From Candidatus Latescibacterota bacterium (GTDB taxonomy: Bacteria; Latescibacterota; UBA2968; GCA-2709665), in assembly GCA_965237675.1 (NCBI GenBank), contig OZ250150.1, positions 3,200,001 through 3,264,000 of the forward strand: a stretch of DNA of 64,000 nt, written 5' to 3'. This document shows positions 1 through 10,469 of this stretch, in pieces (within the stretch, counting starts at the first letter, position 1; every line of letters starts with the position of its first letter). Position numbers and translations under genes: made by a program. The notes beneath the pieces were generated by a model. The model had not been told where the DNA came from and made no database searches. It worked only from the letters and a program-made list of their open reading frames with translations.

Positions 1-1
1 T

Positions 2-475
2 ATTCGAAGGGTACGTGATCTGGAGGATATTGCCCGGGGTTTTCACGGCGTGCGCGACGCGTATGCGATCAATGCCGGTCGGGAGATCCGGGTCATGGTA
101 AATGCCGGCCGGGTGGACGACGAACATGCCAAGGGTTTGTCCTTTGAAATCGCCCAGCGCATTCGGGAGGGAATGACCTACCCCGGCGAGATTCAGGTTA
201 CGATCATCCGTCAGACGGTCGCCACACAGTGGGCTGGCCGTTCCAATAAACGTCGCAAGGGCAGATCCCGAAACAAGAGAGGAGAACGCCGGTATGAAAA
301 AGGTCGGTCACGAAATGACGCTGACCGAAAGAATGTACGTTCCAGCAATCACAAAGGGGCTGTCTCTGACCTTCAGACATCTGCTCGGCAAGAAGATCAC
401 GATGCAATATCCGGAGGAAACATGGACAAAACCCAGCGGATACAGAGGGCTGCACAAGCTAACGAAGGACGATAA
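2..475 (+). CDS. rny: Ribonuclease Y, C-terminal part (5' truncated by window edge), with long basic tail overlapping nuoI
   Basis: Frame open from position 2. AYAINAGREIRVMV...IAQRIREGMTYPGEIQVTIIRQT matches the conserved RNase Y C-terminus. Confidence 0.85.
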   Translation: MRRVRDLEDIARGFHGVRDAYAINAGREIRVMVNAGRVDDEHAKGLSFEIAQRIREGMTYPGEIQVTIIRQTVATQWAGRSNKRRKGRSRNKRGERRYEKGRSRNDADRKNVRSSNHKGAVSDLQTSARQEDHDAISGGNMDKTQRIQRAAQANEGR

Positions 476-791
476 GGGTCGCCCGAAATGCGTGGCCTGC
501 TACATGTGCGCCGCGGCTTGCCCGGCGGAATGTATTGCCATCGAGGCCGAGGAGGCCCCGTGGGAAGACCGGGAGAAGCATCCCAAGCGGTTCGACATCG
601 ATATGCTGAGGTGTATTTTCTGCGGCATGTGTGTTGAAGCCTGTCCGGAAGACGCGATCGTAATGACGGAGCGAACCGAACTGGCCGCGGAGACCCGCGC
701 CGAATTGATCTATACCAAAGAGCAGCTGTTGGCGGTGGAAGACCGGGTAACGCTTACGCCGCCTCGACGGCCACTCGAAAATACGCGATGA
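294..791 (+). CDS. nuoI: NADH-quinone oxidoreductase subunit I (2x[4Fe-4S])
   Basis: TMQYPEE, YRGLHKL, CVACYMCAAACP and CIFCGMCVEACP motifs. GAGGAG upstream. Confidence 0.9.
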   Translation: MKKVGHEMTLTERMYVPAITKGLSLTFRHLLGKKITMQYPEETWTKPSGYRGLHKLTKDDKGRPKCVACYMCAAACPAECIAIEAEEAPWEDREKHPKRFDIDMLRCIFCGMCVEACPEDAIVMTERTELAAETRAELIYTKEQLLAVEDRVTLTPPRRPLENTR

Positions 792-812
792 GTGGTCGGG
801 TGGTTGGGTTCC

Positions 813-1193
813 ATGGCCGAGCTCTATAGCGAAATTGTCCTCGATCATTTCAGGAATCCGCGCAACGCAGGTGCGATGCACGATGCGGATGGCGTCGGTT
901 CGGTCGAAAATCCGGCGTCGGGTGCGGTGGTGTCGCTTCAGCTAAAAATTGCAGATGAACAGATTGTGCGGGCCTTGTTTCAGGCTCAGGGTTGCACGGC
1001 CACGATCGCCGCTGCTTCCGTGTTAACGGATATGGTGGTCGGTCTGTCGGTTGCGGATGCGGGGGCGGTTACCCGGGCGGATGTCGAGTCCGAGCTGGGC
1101 GGACTGCCGCCCACAAAAAAACATGCGGCAGCGCTGGCCAGAGATGCGGCCAGGGCGGCTGTCGCGGATTTCAGGGCCCGGGTGAGGGCCTGA
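813..1193 (+). CDS. IscU/NifU N-terminal-like scaffold protein retaining only one of three Cys
   Basis: YSEIVLDHFRNPRNAG, GCTATIAAAS and LPPTKKH motifs. ATG at 813. Confidence 0.85.
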   Translation: MAELYSEIVLDHFRNPRNAGAMHDADGVGSVENPASGAVVSLQLKIADEQIVRALFQAQGCTATIAAASVLTDMVVGLSVADAGAVTRADVESELGGLPPTKKHAAALARDAARAAVADFRARVRA

Positions 1194-1266
1194 TGGTTTT
1201 GATTTTGTTGAACAGAAAAGGACAGGGTGCGTCCGTTCCCTGTCCTTTTGGGCTTGGTTGGCGGCC

Positions 1267-2517
1267 ATGGCAATGGATTGCGAAACCGAACAGCGGAAGT
1301 TGACTACGCAAATCAAGGGGCAGGCACACGGGATGGGTTTCAACCCCGTGGGTGTAGCGCACGCCGGGCCGCCGGAGCACTGGGGCTTTTACCTGGACTG
1401 GCTGACGCGGGGGTATGCCGGCGAGATGGCTTATCTTGGCCGGAATCTCGACCGCAGATCCCATCCCGAACAGGTGCTTCCGGGCGCAAAAACCGTCCTT
1501 TGCGTGGGGATGAACTACGATCAGGAGACCAGGACGCCTCCTGCCGATGGCCATCCCAGGGGAAAGATCTCCAGATATGCGCGTGGAGACGACTATCACG
1601 ATCTGATGGCCGCCCGCCTGAAGCGTCTGCTGGAATGGATTCAGGGCCTGGTTCCGGAGGCGAGGGGCCGTGTCTACGTGGATACGGGACCTGTGCTGGA
1701 GCGCGATTTCGCCGCTCGAGCCGGCCTCGGGTGGTTCGGAAAGCACACCAACCTCATTCATAAGCGACGAGGGTCGTGGTTTTTCCTTGGAGAGATTCTG
1801 CTTACGATACCTCTGGTCTACGACCGTCCCGTCGCCGACCACTGCGGAACCTGTACGCTGTGTATGGACGCCTGCCCGACCGCCGCGATCCCCCAGCCAT
1901 ACGTACTGGATTCCAATCGGTGCATCTCGTACCTGACGATTGAGTTGAAAGACGCTATTCCCAGGCCTTTTCGGGAACAGATTGGGAACTGGGTCTACGG
2001 CTGCGACATATGCCAGGAGGTCTGTCCGTGGAATCGGAAACATGCCACGCCGACCAATGAGCCGGCTCTTAAAGCACGCGACGGTCTGGACGCGGCCGAT
2101 CTCACAGAAATGCTGGCTATGGACCAGGCGACGTTCAGCCGGAAATTTCGGGGAAGCCCCATCAAACGTGCCAAACGGCGAGGGTTGTTGCGGAACGCCG
2201 CCGTGGCTCTGGGCAATCGCGGCACGGTGGCCGATGTTCCCGCTCTGACGGGCGCGCTATCCGATGATGAGCCCCTGGTCCGTGGGCACGCGGCCTGGGC
2301 ACTGGGCCGTATCGGCGGCCCCGCCGCGCGCCGCTCGCTTTCAGCGGCCCGCGGCGCTGAGAAGGACGCCGCCGTCCGCGAGGAAATCCGACTGGCGATT
2401 GACGAGGTCGACAGAGGGGTCGAAGGCAAGGAACCACGTGACCGGCCGGAGAAATTAACCAAATCATTGAAGACGGACAATCATCCTGGAGTGCCGAATG
2501 CGGCTTCTGGACATTGA
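1267..2517 (+). CDS. queG: tRNA epoxyqueuosine(34) reductase QueG with C-terminal HEAT repeats
   Basis: ISRYARGDDYH, VDTGPVLER, CGTCTLCMDACPT, RCISYLTIE, GCDICQEVCPWN, VRGHAAWALG. Confidence 0.93.
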   Translation: MAMDCETEQRKLTTQIKGQAHGMGFNPVGVAHAGPPEHWGFYLDWLTRGYAGEMAYLGRNLDRRSHPEQVLPGAKTVLCVGMNYDQETRTPPADGHPRGKISRYARGDDYHDLMAARLKRLLEWIQGLVPEARGRVYVDTGPVLERDFAARAGLGWFGKHTNLIHKRRGSWFFLGEILLTIPLVYDRPVADHCGTCTLCMDACPTAAIPQPYVLDSNRCISYLTIELKDAIPRPFREQIGNWVYGCDICQEVCPWNRKHATPTNEPALKARDGLDAADLTEMLAMDQATFSRKFRGSPIKRAKRRGLLRNAAVALGNRGTVADVPALTGALSDDEPLVRGHAAWALGRIGGPAARRSLSAARGAEKDAAVREEIRLAIDEVDRGVEGKEPRDRPEKLTKSLKTDNHPGVPNAASGH

Positions 2518-3874
2518 GCGATCATCGGACATACATGTGGCGGACGAAGTGGCCTCGCCCGTACCGGATGCAGCGCGTCGGGTTTATGTCGAGACCTACG
2601 GCTGTCAGATGAATGTGTCCGACACGGAACTGATGATGGGCGTTTTGAAGAAGGCGGGTTTCCGGCGGGCGGACGGTCTCGAAGACGCGGACGTGGTACT
2701 GTTGAATACCTGCGCCATTCGAGAGCGGGCAGAGGAGCGGGTGGTGGGCCGCCTGTCTCAGCTGAGCCAGGCGAAGCGTACGCGTCCCGACCTCGTGCTC
2801 GGCGTGAGTGGATGTATGGCCAAACATCTTGCCGAGCAACTCCTGAGCAAGTTGCCGTACGTCGATCTCGTGGTCGGGCCCGATTCCTATCGCCGCCTGC
2901 CCGAATTAATCGAGGAGGCGTCCGGAAGTCCCACTCTGGACGTTCGGCTCGATCGGCACGAGGATTACCTGGAACTGGATCCGGTTCGCCAGGAAGGCGC
3001 CAATGCCTGGATTACAATCATGCGTGGCTGCGACAAGTTCTGCACGTTCTGCATTGTTCCCTATGTGCGCGGTCGGGAGCGGAGCGTTCCTGCCGATGAC
3101 GTGTTGCGGCAGGCCCAGATGGCTGCGTTGGAGGGGTTCCGGCAGGTGACCCTTCTCGGGCAGACCGTGAATTCCTATCATGACGGCGAAACCGATTTTT
3201 CCGATCTGTTGAAGATGGTGGCCGGGGTCAAGGGTATCCGGCGGATTCGTTTTACGTCACCGCATCCCAGCGATTTTTCGGAAAAACTGATCGAGACCAT
3301 GGCGGCAGAGCGGAAGATTTGCCGTTTTATCCACTTGCCGGTGCAGTCCGGCTCCGACACGGTCTTGAAGTCCATGAAGCGAACCTATTCCACGGGCCAC
3401 TACCTGGACCTTGTTGCGCGACTGAGAACGGCTCTGCCCGGGCTATGTCTGTCCACGGATGTCATCGTGGGATTCCCGGGAGAGGCGGACTCGGAATTCG
3501 AGTTAACCATGGCGCTGATGCGACACGTGCGGTACGATTCGGCATATATGTTCAAATATTCGCCCAGAAAGGGTACGGTGGCCTACCGGGAGATACCCGA
3601 TACGGTGTCGGAGAGCGAAAAGGCACAACGGCTGGAGGCCGTCATTACCCAGCAGACCAGGATCTCGGGGGAGATCAACCGGCGTTATGTTGGGCGTTTG
3701 CAGGAGGTGCTCGTGGAGGGCGATGCGAGGCGGGGCAGGGGGCAGGCGGTCGGAAAATCGGACGGATTCAAAACCGTTGTGTTTCCAAGGAACGACGTCA
3801 AAACCAATACCTTCGTGAATGTCAGGATCACCGGCGCAACATCACACACGTTGATAGGACAAGCAGAACCCTGA
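2498..3874 (+). CDS. miaB: tRNA-2-methylthio-N6-dimethylallyladenosine synthase MiaB
   Basis: [34 protein letters not shown] radical SAM motif, C-terminal TRAM domain. Confidence 0.95.
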   Translation: MRLLDIERSSDIHVADEVASPVPDAARRVYVETYGCQMNVSDTELMMGVLKKAGFRRADGLEDADVVLLNTCAIRERAEERVVGRLSQLSQAKRTRPDLVLGVSGCMAKHLAEQLLSKLPYVDLVVGPDSYRRLPELIEEASGSPTLDVRLDRHEDYLELDPVRQEGANAWITIMRGCDKFCTFCIVPYVRGRERSVPADDVLRQAQMAALEGFRQVTLLGQTVNSYHDGETDFSDLLKMVAGVKGIRRIRFTSPHPSDFSEKLIETMAAERKICRFIHLPVQSGSDTVLKSMKRTYSTGHYLDLVARLRTALPGLCLSTDVIVGFPGEADSEFELTMALMRHVRYDSAYMFKYSPRKGTVAYREIPDTVSESEKAQRLEAVITQQTRISGEINRRYVGRLQEVLVEGDARRGRGQAVGKSDGFKTVVFPRNDVKTNTFVNVRITGATSHTLIGQAEP

Positions 3875-3908
3875 GCGGCGGCGTGCGATTTACGGCCGGC
3901 ATGCGTTT

Positions 3909-4796
3909 ATGGTACTACAAATCGAAAACCAGAACCCGAGGAGAAACCGGAGGTTGCCGGACTGGTTCCGGGTACGCGCGCCCGGCAATATCGGGTACCG
4001 GGAATTGAAACGCCTCATGCGGGAACTGGATCTGCACACCGTTTGTGAGAGCGCACAGTGTCCGAATATCGGTGAATGCTGGGGAGCGGGCACGGCCACA
4101 TTTATGATTCTGGGAGACATCTGCACTCGCAGTTGCGGATTTTGCGCGGTGAAGACCGGGCGGCCCGAAGGCCTCGACGAGGAAGAACCCGGACGGGTCG
4201 CCGAAGCCGTACAGCGACTGGGGCTGCGACACGCCGTTGTGACGTCCGTAAACCGCGACGAACTGCCGGACGGCGGTGCGTCGATATTTGCAGCCACAAT
4301 ACGGGCGATTCACCGTCTGCGTCCCGAGACTCGTGTCGAAGTCCTGATTCCCGACTTTCAGGGAAACTGGCGGGCGTTGGATGCGGTGATGGCCGCCGGC
4401 CCCGACATTCTGAACCACAATGTGGAGACGCCGCCCAGGCTTTATCGCTTCATGCGCCCCCAGGCGAATTACGCCCAGTCCCTCGAATTGTTGCGTCGCG
4501 CCAGGGTTACAGGCGCCGGAATTAGAACGAAATCAGGCATTATGGTTGGTGCGGGCGAGACTTTGGAAGAAGTGTACCAGACCATCGACGATATTGCCGA
4601 ACAGGGTACGGATATTTTGACCGTGGGTCAATATTTGCAACCCTCGTCGGCCCACGTTCCCATTGCCAGATTCTACCATCCGGACGAGTTCGGGAAGATC
4701 CGGATTTTTGCGGAGACGCAAGGATTCCTCCACGTGGAGTCGGGTCCGCTTGTACGGAGTTCCTACCACGCCGCAAACCACGCTGTTGCAGGGTGA
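3909..4796 (+). CDS. lipA: Lipoyl synthase
   Basis: [37 protein letters not shown]. Confidence 0.96.
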   Translation: MVLQIENQNPRRNRRLPDWFRVRAPGNIGYRELKRLMRELDLHTVCESAQCPNIGECWGAGTATFMILGDICTRSCGFCAVKTGRPEGLDEEEPGRVAEAVQRLGLRHAVVTSVNRDELPDGGASIFAATIRAIHRLRPETRVEVLIPDFQGNWRALDAVMAAGPDILNHNVETPPRLYRFMRPQANYAQSLELLRRARVTGAGIRTKSGIMVGAGETLEEVYQTIDDIAEQGTDILTVGQYLQPSSAHVPIARFYHPDEFGKIRIFAETQGFLHVESGPLVRSSYHAANHAVAG

Positions 4797-4800
4797 TACT

Positions 4801-5193
4801 GTGTTTAGGTTGAATCGATGGCGTCCGAAGGGCGCGTGCCGATCCGGTCATTCCGCTCCGGCCGGCCCAGGGCGGAATCAGCGGTTTTTTCGGGTGGCCT
4901 CGGTGCATGAAGTTCCGCCTGGGACTGGAAAGTTGGTCATGACGATGGGCCGCGAAATCGGGCTCTTCAATGTCGGCGGCAGAATTGAGGCGATCGACAA
5001 TATCTGTCCGCATAACCAACGCCCAATTGGCACAGATGGGCTCGAGGGCGGCATGTTGACCTGTTTCTGGCACAACCTGAGGTTCGATCTTGAATCTGGC
5101 GCTTGTCCCGAGGCGCCACATTTCAGAATCAGAAAATACCCGGTGCGTATCCGGAAGGATGAGATTTTCGTCTCCACGGACGTAAAGGCCTGA
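4801..5193 (+). CDS. Rieske [2Fe-2S] ferredoxin
   Basis: CPH...CFWH Rieske ligands. Start uncertain (GTG 4801 chosen). Confidence 0.8.
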   Translation: MFRLNRWRPKGACRSGHSAPAGPGRNQRFFRVASVHEVPPGTGKLVMTMGREIGLFNVGGRIEAIDNICPHNQRPIGTDGLEGGMLTCFWHNLRFDLESGACPEAPHFRIRKYPVRIRKDEIFVSTDVKA

Positions 5194-5215
5194 CAGGTTG
5201 CCGGGCGCTTTGGAG

Positions 5216-5244
5216 TTGACTTGAATATTCGAGTTCAATACATT
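5216..5244 (+). promoter_or_regulatory. Putative sigma70 promoter for the GWxTD gene
   Basis: TTGACT-17 nt-TACATT. An overlapping TTGAA...TTCAA inverted repeat may be an operator. Confidence 0.5.
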
Positions 5245-5331
5245 GTCTTTTTCGGCCGGGGGCAGGACGCTCCGGGTCCGCAGGTGATTCCTGGCGGCAA
5301 ATAGCTCCACAACATCTCGGAGACCTGGGAA

Positions 5332-6708
5332 ATGAGAAATATGAATCGGCTTTGGATAGGCGTCTCGCTGGTTGCGAGTGTTACGACCTGGTGCTCGCAG
5401 GGGCTATGTGAGGAGATGCAGCCCGTGGATTTGCCCCGGATGGGTGAAGGAAAGTTGGAGTTTTTCACGGACACCGCCGGATTCCAGGGATCAGTCGGGT
5501 ATACCCGCCAGGAAATCTACGTTCTTCTCGATGCCAGCCAGTTGAAATTCCGACGAAAGAAGAAGCGGTACGAGGCGGAAATGGAATTGGCCGTTTCGCT
5601 GGCCGATTCGGGGGGCGTCGTTGTCAACGAAGAGACCTGGAAGCGAAAGGTCTGGGTCGAAAACGCCGACGATATCGAAGGCGCGGGTCTGCCTTTTCGA
5701 GATGTGATCGGGTTCGATCTGGAGCCGGGCGCGTATCGCATGTCGTTAACGATTCGAGACCTCAAGCAGAAAAACAGTGGGTTGGCCAAGGGCATTTTGC
5801 GGGTTCGGGATTTTGAGGGGCAGACCTTGAAATCCAGCGACTTGCTATTCGCATCCGGTGTATCCAGGACGGACACGGACGGCAGGTTTTCGAGATATGG
5901 CTGGCTGGTGACGCCAAACGTGACGCGGACCTATCCGGTCGGCGGGGATATCGAGGTCTATTTCGAGATCTACAACCTGTCGCCTCCTGTTGAGGGAGCA
6001 GACAACACGTTCATACTGGGTTACAGCATGCTGGATACAACCGGCGCCTCGCTGATGAAGTTTTCAGACCAGCGCTTGCTGAAGCCAGGCACAAGCGCCG
6101 TAAAAACGGAGATCTTCAAAACGGGCGACCTGCCCCCGGGTTCGTATTATCTTCAAGTGGAGGCACTCGACCGGAGCAACCGCGCCGTTCTCAGGGCGAA
6201 GCGGTTGGTTTCTCTGGCCGTGCAGCAGGAACCCATGGAGTTGACGCAGGCGGAGCGGGACAATATTCGTTATTACAAAGATATTCGATATGTTGCCAAG
6301 GGTTCGCAGTTGAAGGAATACGACCGTCTGCAGAGTCGCCAGGATCAGATGGTGTTCCTCAAAGCGTTCTGGAAGGGACTGGATCCAACGCCGGCAACTG
6401 ACGAGAACGAACGCCTGATTCAACATTTACAGCGAATGCGGTTTGCAGAGAACAACTACGCGGCTGGCCGGGGCAAGCGCGGGTCGGATACGGACAAGGG
6501 GCGAATCCACATCAAATTAGGCGAACCGAGCGACATTCAATACAATCTGGCGGCTTCAAATGAAAAGCCGTTTGAAGTCTGGACTTACGAAGAACGGCGA
6601 GGTGTCCGTTTCATTTTCATGGATCGCCGTGGCGCAGGTATTTTTGAACTGGTGCACTCCACACATCCGGCGGAAACGTATAACCCGAGTTGGCGGTTGA
6701 TCGAATAG
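5332..6708 (+). CDS. GWxTD domain-containing exported protein
   Basis: Signal peptide. FWKGLDPTPATDENE and GSDTDKGRIHIKLGEP match the GWxTD domain pattern. Confidence 0.85.
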   Translation: MRNMNRLWIGVSLVASVTTWCSQGLCEEMQPVDLPRMGEGKLEFFTDTAGFQGSVGYTRQEIYVLLDASQLKFRRKKKRYEAEMELAVSLADSGGVVVNEETWKRKVWVENADDIEGAGLPFRDVIGFDLEPGAYRMSLTIRDLKQKNSGLAKGILRVRDFEGQTLKSSDLLFASGVSRTDTDGRFSRYGWLVTPNVTRTYPVGGDIEVYFEIYNLSPPVEGADNTFILGYSMLDTTGASLMKFSDQRLLKPGTSAVKTEIFKTGDLPPGSYYLQVEALDRSNRAVLRAKRLVSLAVQQEPMELTQAERDNIRYYKDIRYVAKGSQLKEYDRLQSRQDQMVFLKAFWKGLDPTPATDENERLIQHLQRMRFAENNYAAGRGKRGSDTDKGRIHIKLGEPSDIQYNLAASNEKPFEVWTYEERRGVRFIFMDRRGAGIFELVHSTHPAETYNPSWRLIE

Positions 6709-6761
6709 CGCGTGAAGGTGCCGGAAACCACGGGACCGGTTCGGTTCCGGGTGCGCGGTCT

Positions 6762-9700
6762 ATGTTGACGTCAAGCGGGGACCCATCCAAGGAAATTGCT
6801 GTGGATCCGAGATTTCTCCGGGAAGAAGGCATCGGGATATTTACCGGCAATGAGCTCATTGTCAAGGGCGGTCTGGAACACCGCATGGGACTGCTGACCG
6901 GCTATCCTGGTTCTCCGGTGGCTGAGGTCTTCGACGCCGCCGAACGCATCCGGGAACTGCTGGTTGAGAAGGGTGTGGTGGTGCAGATCGCCAATAACGA
7001 AGCGCTCAGTGCCGCGCGGTTGAACGGTTCCCAGATGACCCCCGTCCGCGCAATGGCGGTGATGAAGAGTGTGGGCGCGCACGTGGCGTCCGACGGTCTT
7101 GCGCTGGGCAATATGGCGGGGACGGCGCCCGGGGGCGCGGCGGTGGCGGTGTTTGGCGACGATACGTGGTCTGAAGGCACTCAGGTGCCCGCCGATTCCC
7201 GGTTTCTTGCCAAACATCTCTACATGCCTGTGCTGGCGCCGAGTACGTTCCAGGAAATCAAGGACTGGATCGGCGTCGCCTTCGATCTCTCGGAAAAAAC
7301 ACGCCTTTATGTGGCCTATCTCATTACCTCCAACCAGGCGGATGGAGGCGGCACCGTTACGGTCGGTCCGAATCGTTTTCCTGACCTGACGCCGCACACA
7401 CCCGTAACCATCGATACCCGGTCGATTCCGCTCGACGACCGGGTGATCATACCCCCCAGCACGGCCATCAAGGAGGAAGATGTACTTCATCGACGGATGC
7501 CGGAGTTGCTCGAATACGCCCGCGAATACAATCTGAATCGCATTCTTTATCCACCTGCTTCCGAAAAGAAGCGAATCGGATTCGTCAGTTCCGGCCTGTC
7601 GTACTGCTACCTGGAGCATGTGATGAATATGGTGGGGCTGGAAGGCAGCATTCCGATTTTGAAATATGGGCTGACGTATCCCGTGGACCCTGAGATTTTG
7701 AAAGCGTTCGTGGCGATTGTCGACGAAATATATGTCGTGGAAGAGAAGCGAGGGTTTCTGGAGGGGCAGGTCACGGCCGCGCTGCAGGGATTGCATCAGG
7801 ATGGAGAGATCGGCCCGTTCCGCATCTGGGGGAAGCGCTTTCCAGACGGCAAACCGGGTTTCCCGGACAGCAAGGGTATGAATCCATCCATCCTGCTAAA
7901 GGTGCTGGCGCCCGTGTTGATGGCCCTGGACGATCCCACTGTGCCCATCGACAGGGAGCGGATTGTGCGGGAGGTCGACCTTGTCGACGAGACCGCCAAC
8001 TATCGTGTGCAGGCGGCCGTTCGCACCCCCTCCTTCTGCCCCGGCTGCCCGCATCGGGATTCTGCAAGTGTGTTGAATCGGGTGATCGATGATTTCAGCA
8101 GTGCGGATTATATGCGGAAACACCATCAGAGAGACCCGGCCGACCTGGTATTTCATGGAGATATCGGTTGTTATTCCCTGTTGAAATACAAGCCATTCGA
8201 CCGGCTGATGCACAATTTGTCGGGGATGGGGTTGGGCGGGGGCACAGGCGCCGGTATCGATCCCTATATCAACAACAAGCAGCTTGTCTTTATGGGTGAC
8301 TCGACCTTTTTTCACAGCGGAATGGCAGCGATTTCCGATTCAATAAAACACGGTCAGGACATTACCTATGTCATTCTGGACAATAAAACGACGGCAATGA
8401 CGGGGCACCAGCCCACGCCCGGTGTGGACGTGGATATCCTCGGCAAGCCGACATTTGCCCAGGATATCGAACAGGTTGTACGGGGCATGGCAGGTGCGGG
8501 AGATAGCGTGTTTGTCGCGCGGATGAATCCAGCCGAACGGACGTCCTACAGGGAGACACTGGAGCGCGCACTGTTGAAGGATGGCGTGAAGATTGTGATT
8601 GCGGATAAGGAGTGCGGAATCACGTTCCACCGCAGGCAGCGCGCAATGCAGAACGAGATTGTCCAGGATAGAGGATACCTTCCCGAGGAACGGCATATCA
8701 ACATTACACCGGAGGTCTGTGAGTATTGTCTGGAGTGCACGCAGGCAACCGGTTGTAGTGGATTGACGGTCGAGGAGACCTTACACGGGCCCAAGATTGC
8801 CACGGATCTTTCCCTGTGTGTGGCGGATGGAGCCTGTACAAGGGTGACGGTTTCGAATGGCGATGGCACCTGCCCGTCGTTCGAGGAGGTTATTGTAAAG
8901 CGCAGCCGGCCCGCGCAGACGCAGACGGAAGCAATCGACCTTTCGAATCTGCCCGTGCCGGAGGTCAAGGCGTTTGACGCCACGTGGTACGCGTATATTG
9001 CGGGGGTAGGGGGAATGGGCATCAATACCATCGCCGCGATTCTCTCCGTTGCCGGTGCCAGGCAGGGCTATACCGTTCGGTTTACCAACAAAAAAGGGTT
9101 GGCCATCCGAAACGGGGCGGTGTATTCCCACGTGAGTTTCACGAAGGGCGACCGCGTCATTTCACAAATCACCCCGTACGGCCATGCCGATTTGCTTCTG
9201 GGCCTGGATATCCTGGAGGCGGTGCGCGGGCTGGAGTCCATGGGAAACGGGCGGGTCGCCAGCCCGGGACATACGACGGCGGTGGTGGAGACCGGGAAGC
9301 GCCACACGGTACTGACGCTTACAGGACAGGATGATTTCGATACCTTGGAACTGGAGGAAGTGCTGAAGCGGCACACGAATTCCGAGGGATATTTCGGGAT
9401 GGACCTGGGCGAGATTTCAGAGCGTTTCCTGGGCAATAAGATCTATGCCAACAGCATTCTTCTGGGGGTCGCCTATCAGCGGGGCGTGTTGCCGCTGGAA
9501 TTGGAACACATAAAATGGTCGATGGAACGCAATATAAAACCCAGCGACCTCGAGTCCAATTTGAAAGCGTTTGATCTGGGGCGTAAAATCGCGATTGATC
9601 CGGATGTCGTCGACAAGGAGACGCCCTCGATTTCCTACCGGGAATTGATTAAGGATAAGGCTGCCATTCTGGAACGCGGGAAGGGCCGGAAAGCGCGCGC

Positions 9701-10406
9701 TGCCTATCTTGAATTGGCCGCTGCGGTGGAGCCGCTGGCCCTGGCCGAAGAGGATTACCTGCAGTTTGCTCTGGGTGTGTACGATTTGATGCAGTGGGAC
9801 GGCGCGGACTATGCCAGGACTTACGTGCAACGGGTGCGGAAGGTGTACGACAACGACCGGCCGGAGCAGGGGTACGAGGCGACCCGTGCGGTTATCAGAT
9901 ACCTGCCCCGTGTGATGGCTTACAAAGACGAAATGTATGTCGCGCATCTGCTGACAAGCGAAGAGAAATACCGGCGCGACTGTGAGCGATACAACGTCTG
10001 TATCGAGCGTGGAGATCGGATTGCCTACCGCCACTTCAACCGGGGCAATTTCAATATACTCGGTTTCAACGTCTATCTCAAACTGACGACCCGGGACTGG
10101 ATGCTGAAGCTGATGAGACGCATGAAGTTCCTGCGCAAGCTGATGCCGGCGTGGCATAAACAGGAAAAGGCGTACCGGGATTGGTATGTCGAGTTTGTCG
10201 ATCGGTTTGAATTCGATCACGAAGAACGCTACGGAGACTACGTGCGGGTGTTCCGGTTACCGGACGAGGTGCGCGGATATCGCGAGGTGATCCGTCCCAA
10301 AATTCAGGCCGCGTATCAGGCGGCAGCGGCGATGATGAACGGCAACGCACGTCCGCAGTCCACTGATCGGTATCTTTCCATCGAGCCCGTCGTTGAACGG
10401 GTCTGA
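6762..10406 (+). CDS. Indolepyruvate ferredoxin oxidoreductase family protein, fused alpha/beta with C-terminal DUF6537-like region
   Basis: TGYPGSP, RTPSFCPGCPHRDS, GDIGCY, GDSTFFHSG, NKTTAMTGHQP, ferredoxin Cys cluster, AGVGGMG, AYKDEMYVA, PDEVRGY. Confidence 0.88.
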   Translation: MLTSSGDPSKEIAVDPRFLREEGIGIFTGNELIVKGGLEHRMGLLTGYPGSPVAEVFDAAERIRELLVEKGVVVQIANNEALSAARLNGSQMTPVRAMAVMKSVGAHVASDGLALGNMAGTAPGGAAVAVFGDDTWSEGTQVPADSRFLAKHLYMPVLAPSTFQEIKDWIGVAFDLSEKTRLYVAYLITSNQADGGGTVTVGPNRFPDLTPHTPVTIDTRSIPLDDRVIIPPSTAIKEEDVLHRRMPELLEYAREYNLNRILYPPASEKKRIGFVSSGLSYCYLEHVMNMVGLEGSIPILKYGLTYPVDPEILKAFVAIVDEIYVVEEKRGFLEGQVTAALQGLHQDGEIGPFRIWGKRFPDGKPGFPDSKGMNPSILLKVLAPVLMALDDPTVPIDRERIVREVDLVDETANYRVQAAVRTPSFCPGCPHRDSASVLNRVIDDFSSADYMRKHHQRDPADLVFHGDIGCYSLLKYKPFDRLMHNLSGMGLGGGTGAGIDPYINNKQLVFMGDSTFFHSGMAAISDSIKHGQDITYVILDNKTTAMTGHQPTPGVDVDILGKPTFAQDIEQVVRGMAGAGDSVFVARMNPAERTSYRETLERALLKDGVKIVIADKECGITFHRRQRAMQNEIVQDRGYLPEERHINITPEVCEYCLECTQATGCSGLTVEETLHGPKIATDLSLCVADGACTRVTVSNGDGTCPSFEEVIVKRSRPAQTQTEAIDLSNLPVPEVKAFDATWYAYIAGVGGMGINTIAAILSVAGARQGYTVRFTNKKGLAIRNGAVYSHVSFTKGDRVISQITPYGHADLLLGLDILEAVRGLESMGNGRVASPGHTTAVVETGKRHTVLTLTGQDDFDTLELEEVLKRHTNSEGYFGMDLGEISERFLGNKIYANSILLGVAYQRGVLPLELEHIKWSMERNIKPSDLESNLKAFDLGRKIAIDPDVVDKETPSISYRELIKDKAAILERGKGRKARAAYLELAAAVEPLALAEEDYLQFALGVYDLMQWDGADYARTYVQRVRKVYDNDRPEQGYEATRAVIRYLPRVMAYKDEMYVAHLLTSEEKYRRDCERYNVCIERGDRIAYRHFNRGNFNILGFNVYLKLTTRDWMLKLMRRMKFLRKLMPAWHKQEKAYRDWYVEFVDRFEFDHEERYGDYVRVFRLPDEVRGYREVIRPKIQAAYQAAAAMMNGNARPQSTDRYLSIEPVVERV

Positions 10407-10469
10407 TACGGAAGTCGGTGGCACCCAGGCAGTGTCTCAGTGCCGCTTCGCCCTGTCTCGGACGGAGAT

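Noticed and set aside
900-1135. Possible selenocysteine at the missing IscU Cys positions
   Set aside because: The codons are TCG and GCG, not TGA.
6762-10406. Alpha/beta fusion of indolepyruvate oxidoreductase as a novelty
   Set aside because: Fused single-chain IOR-family proteins are already well known.
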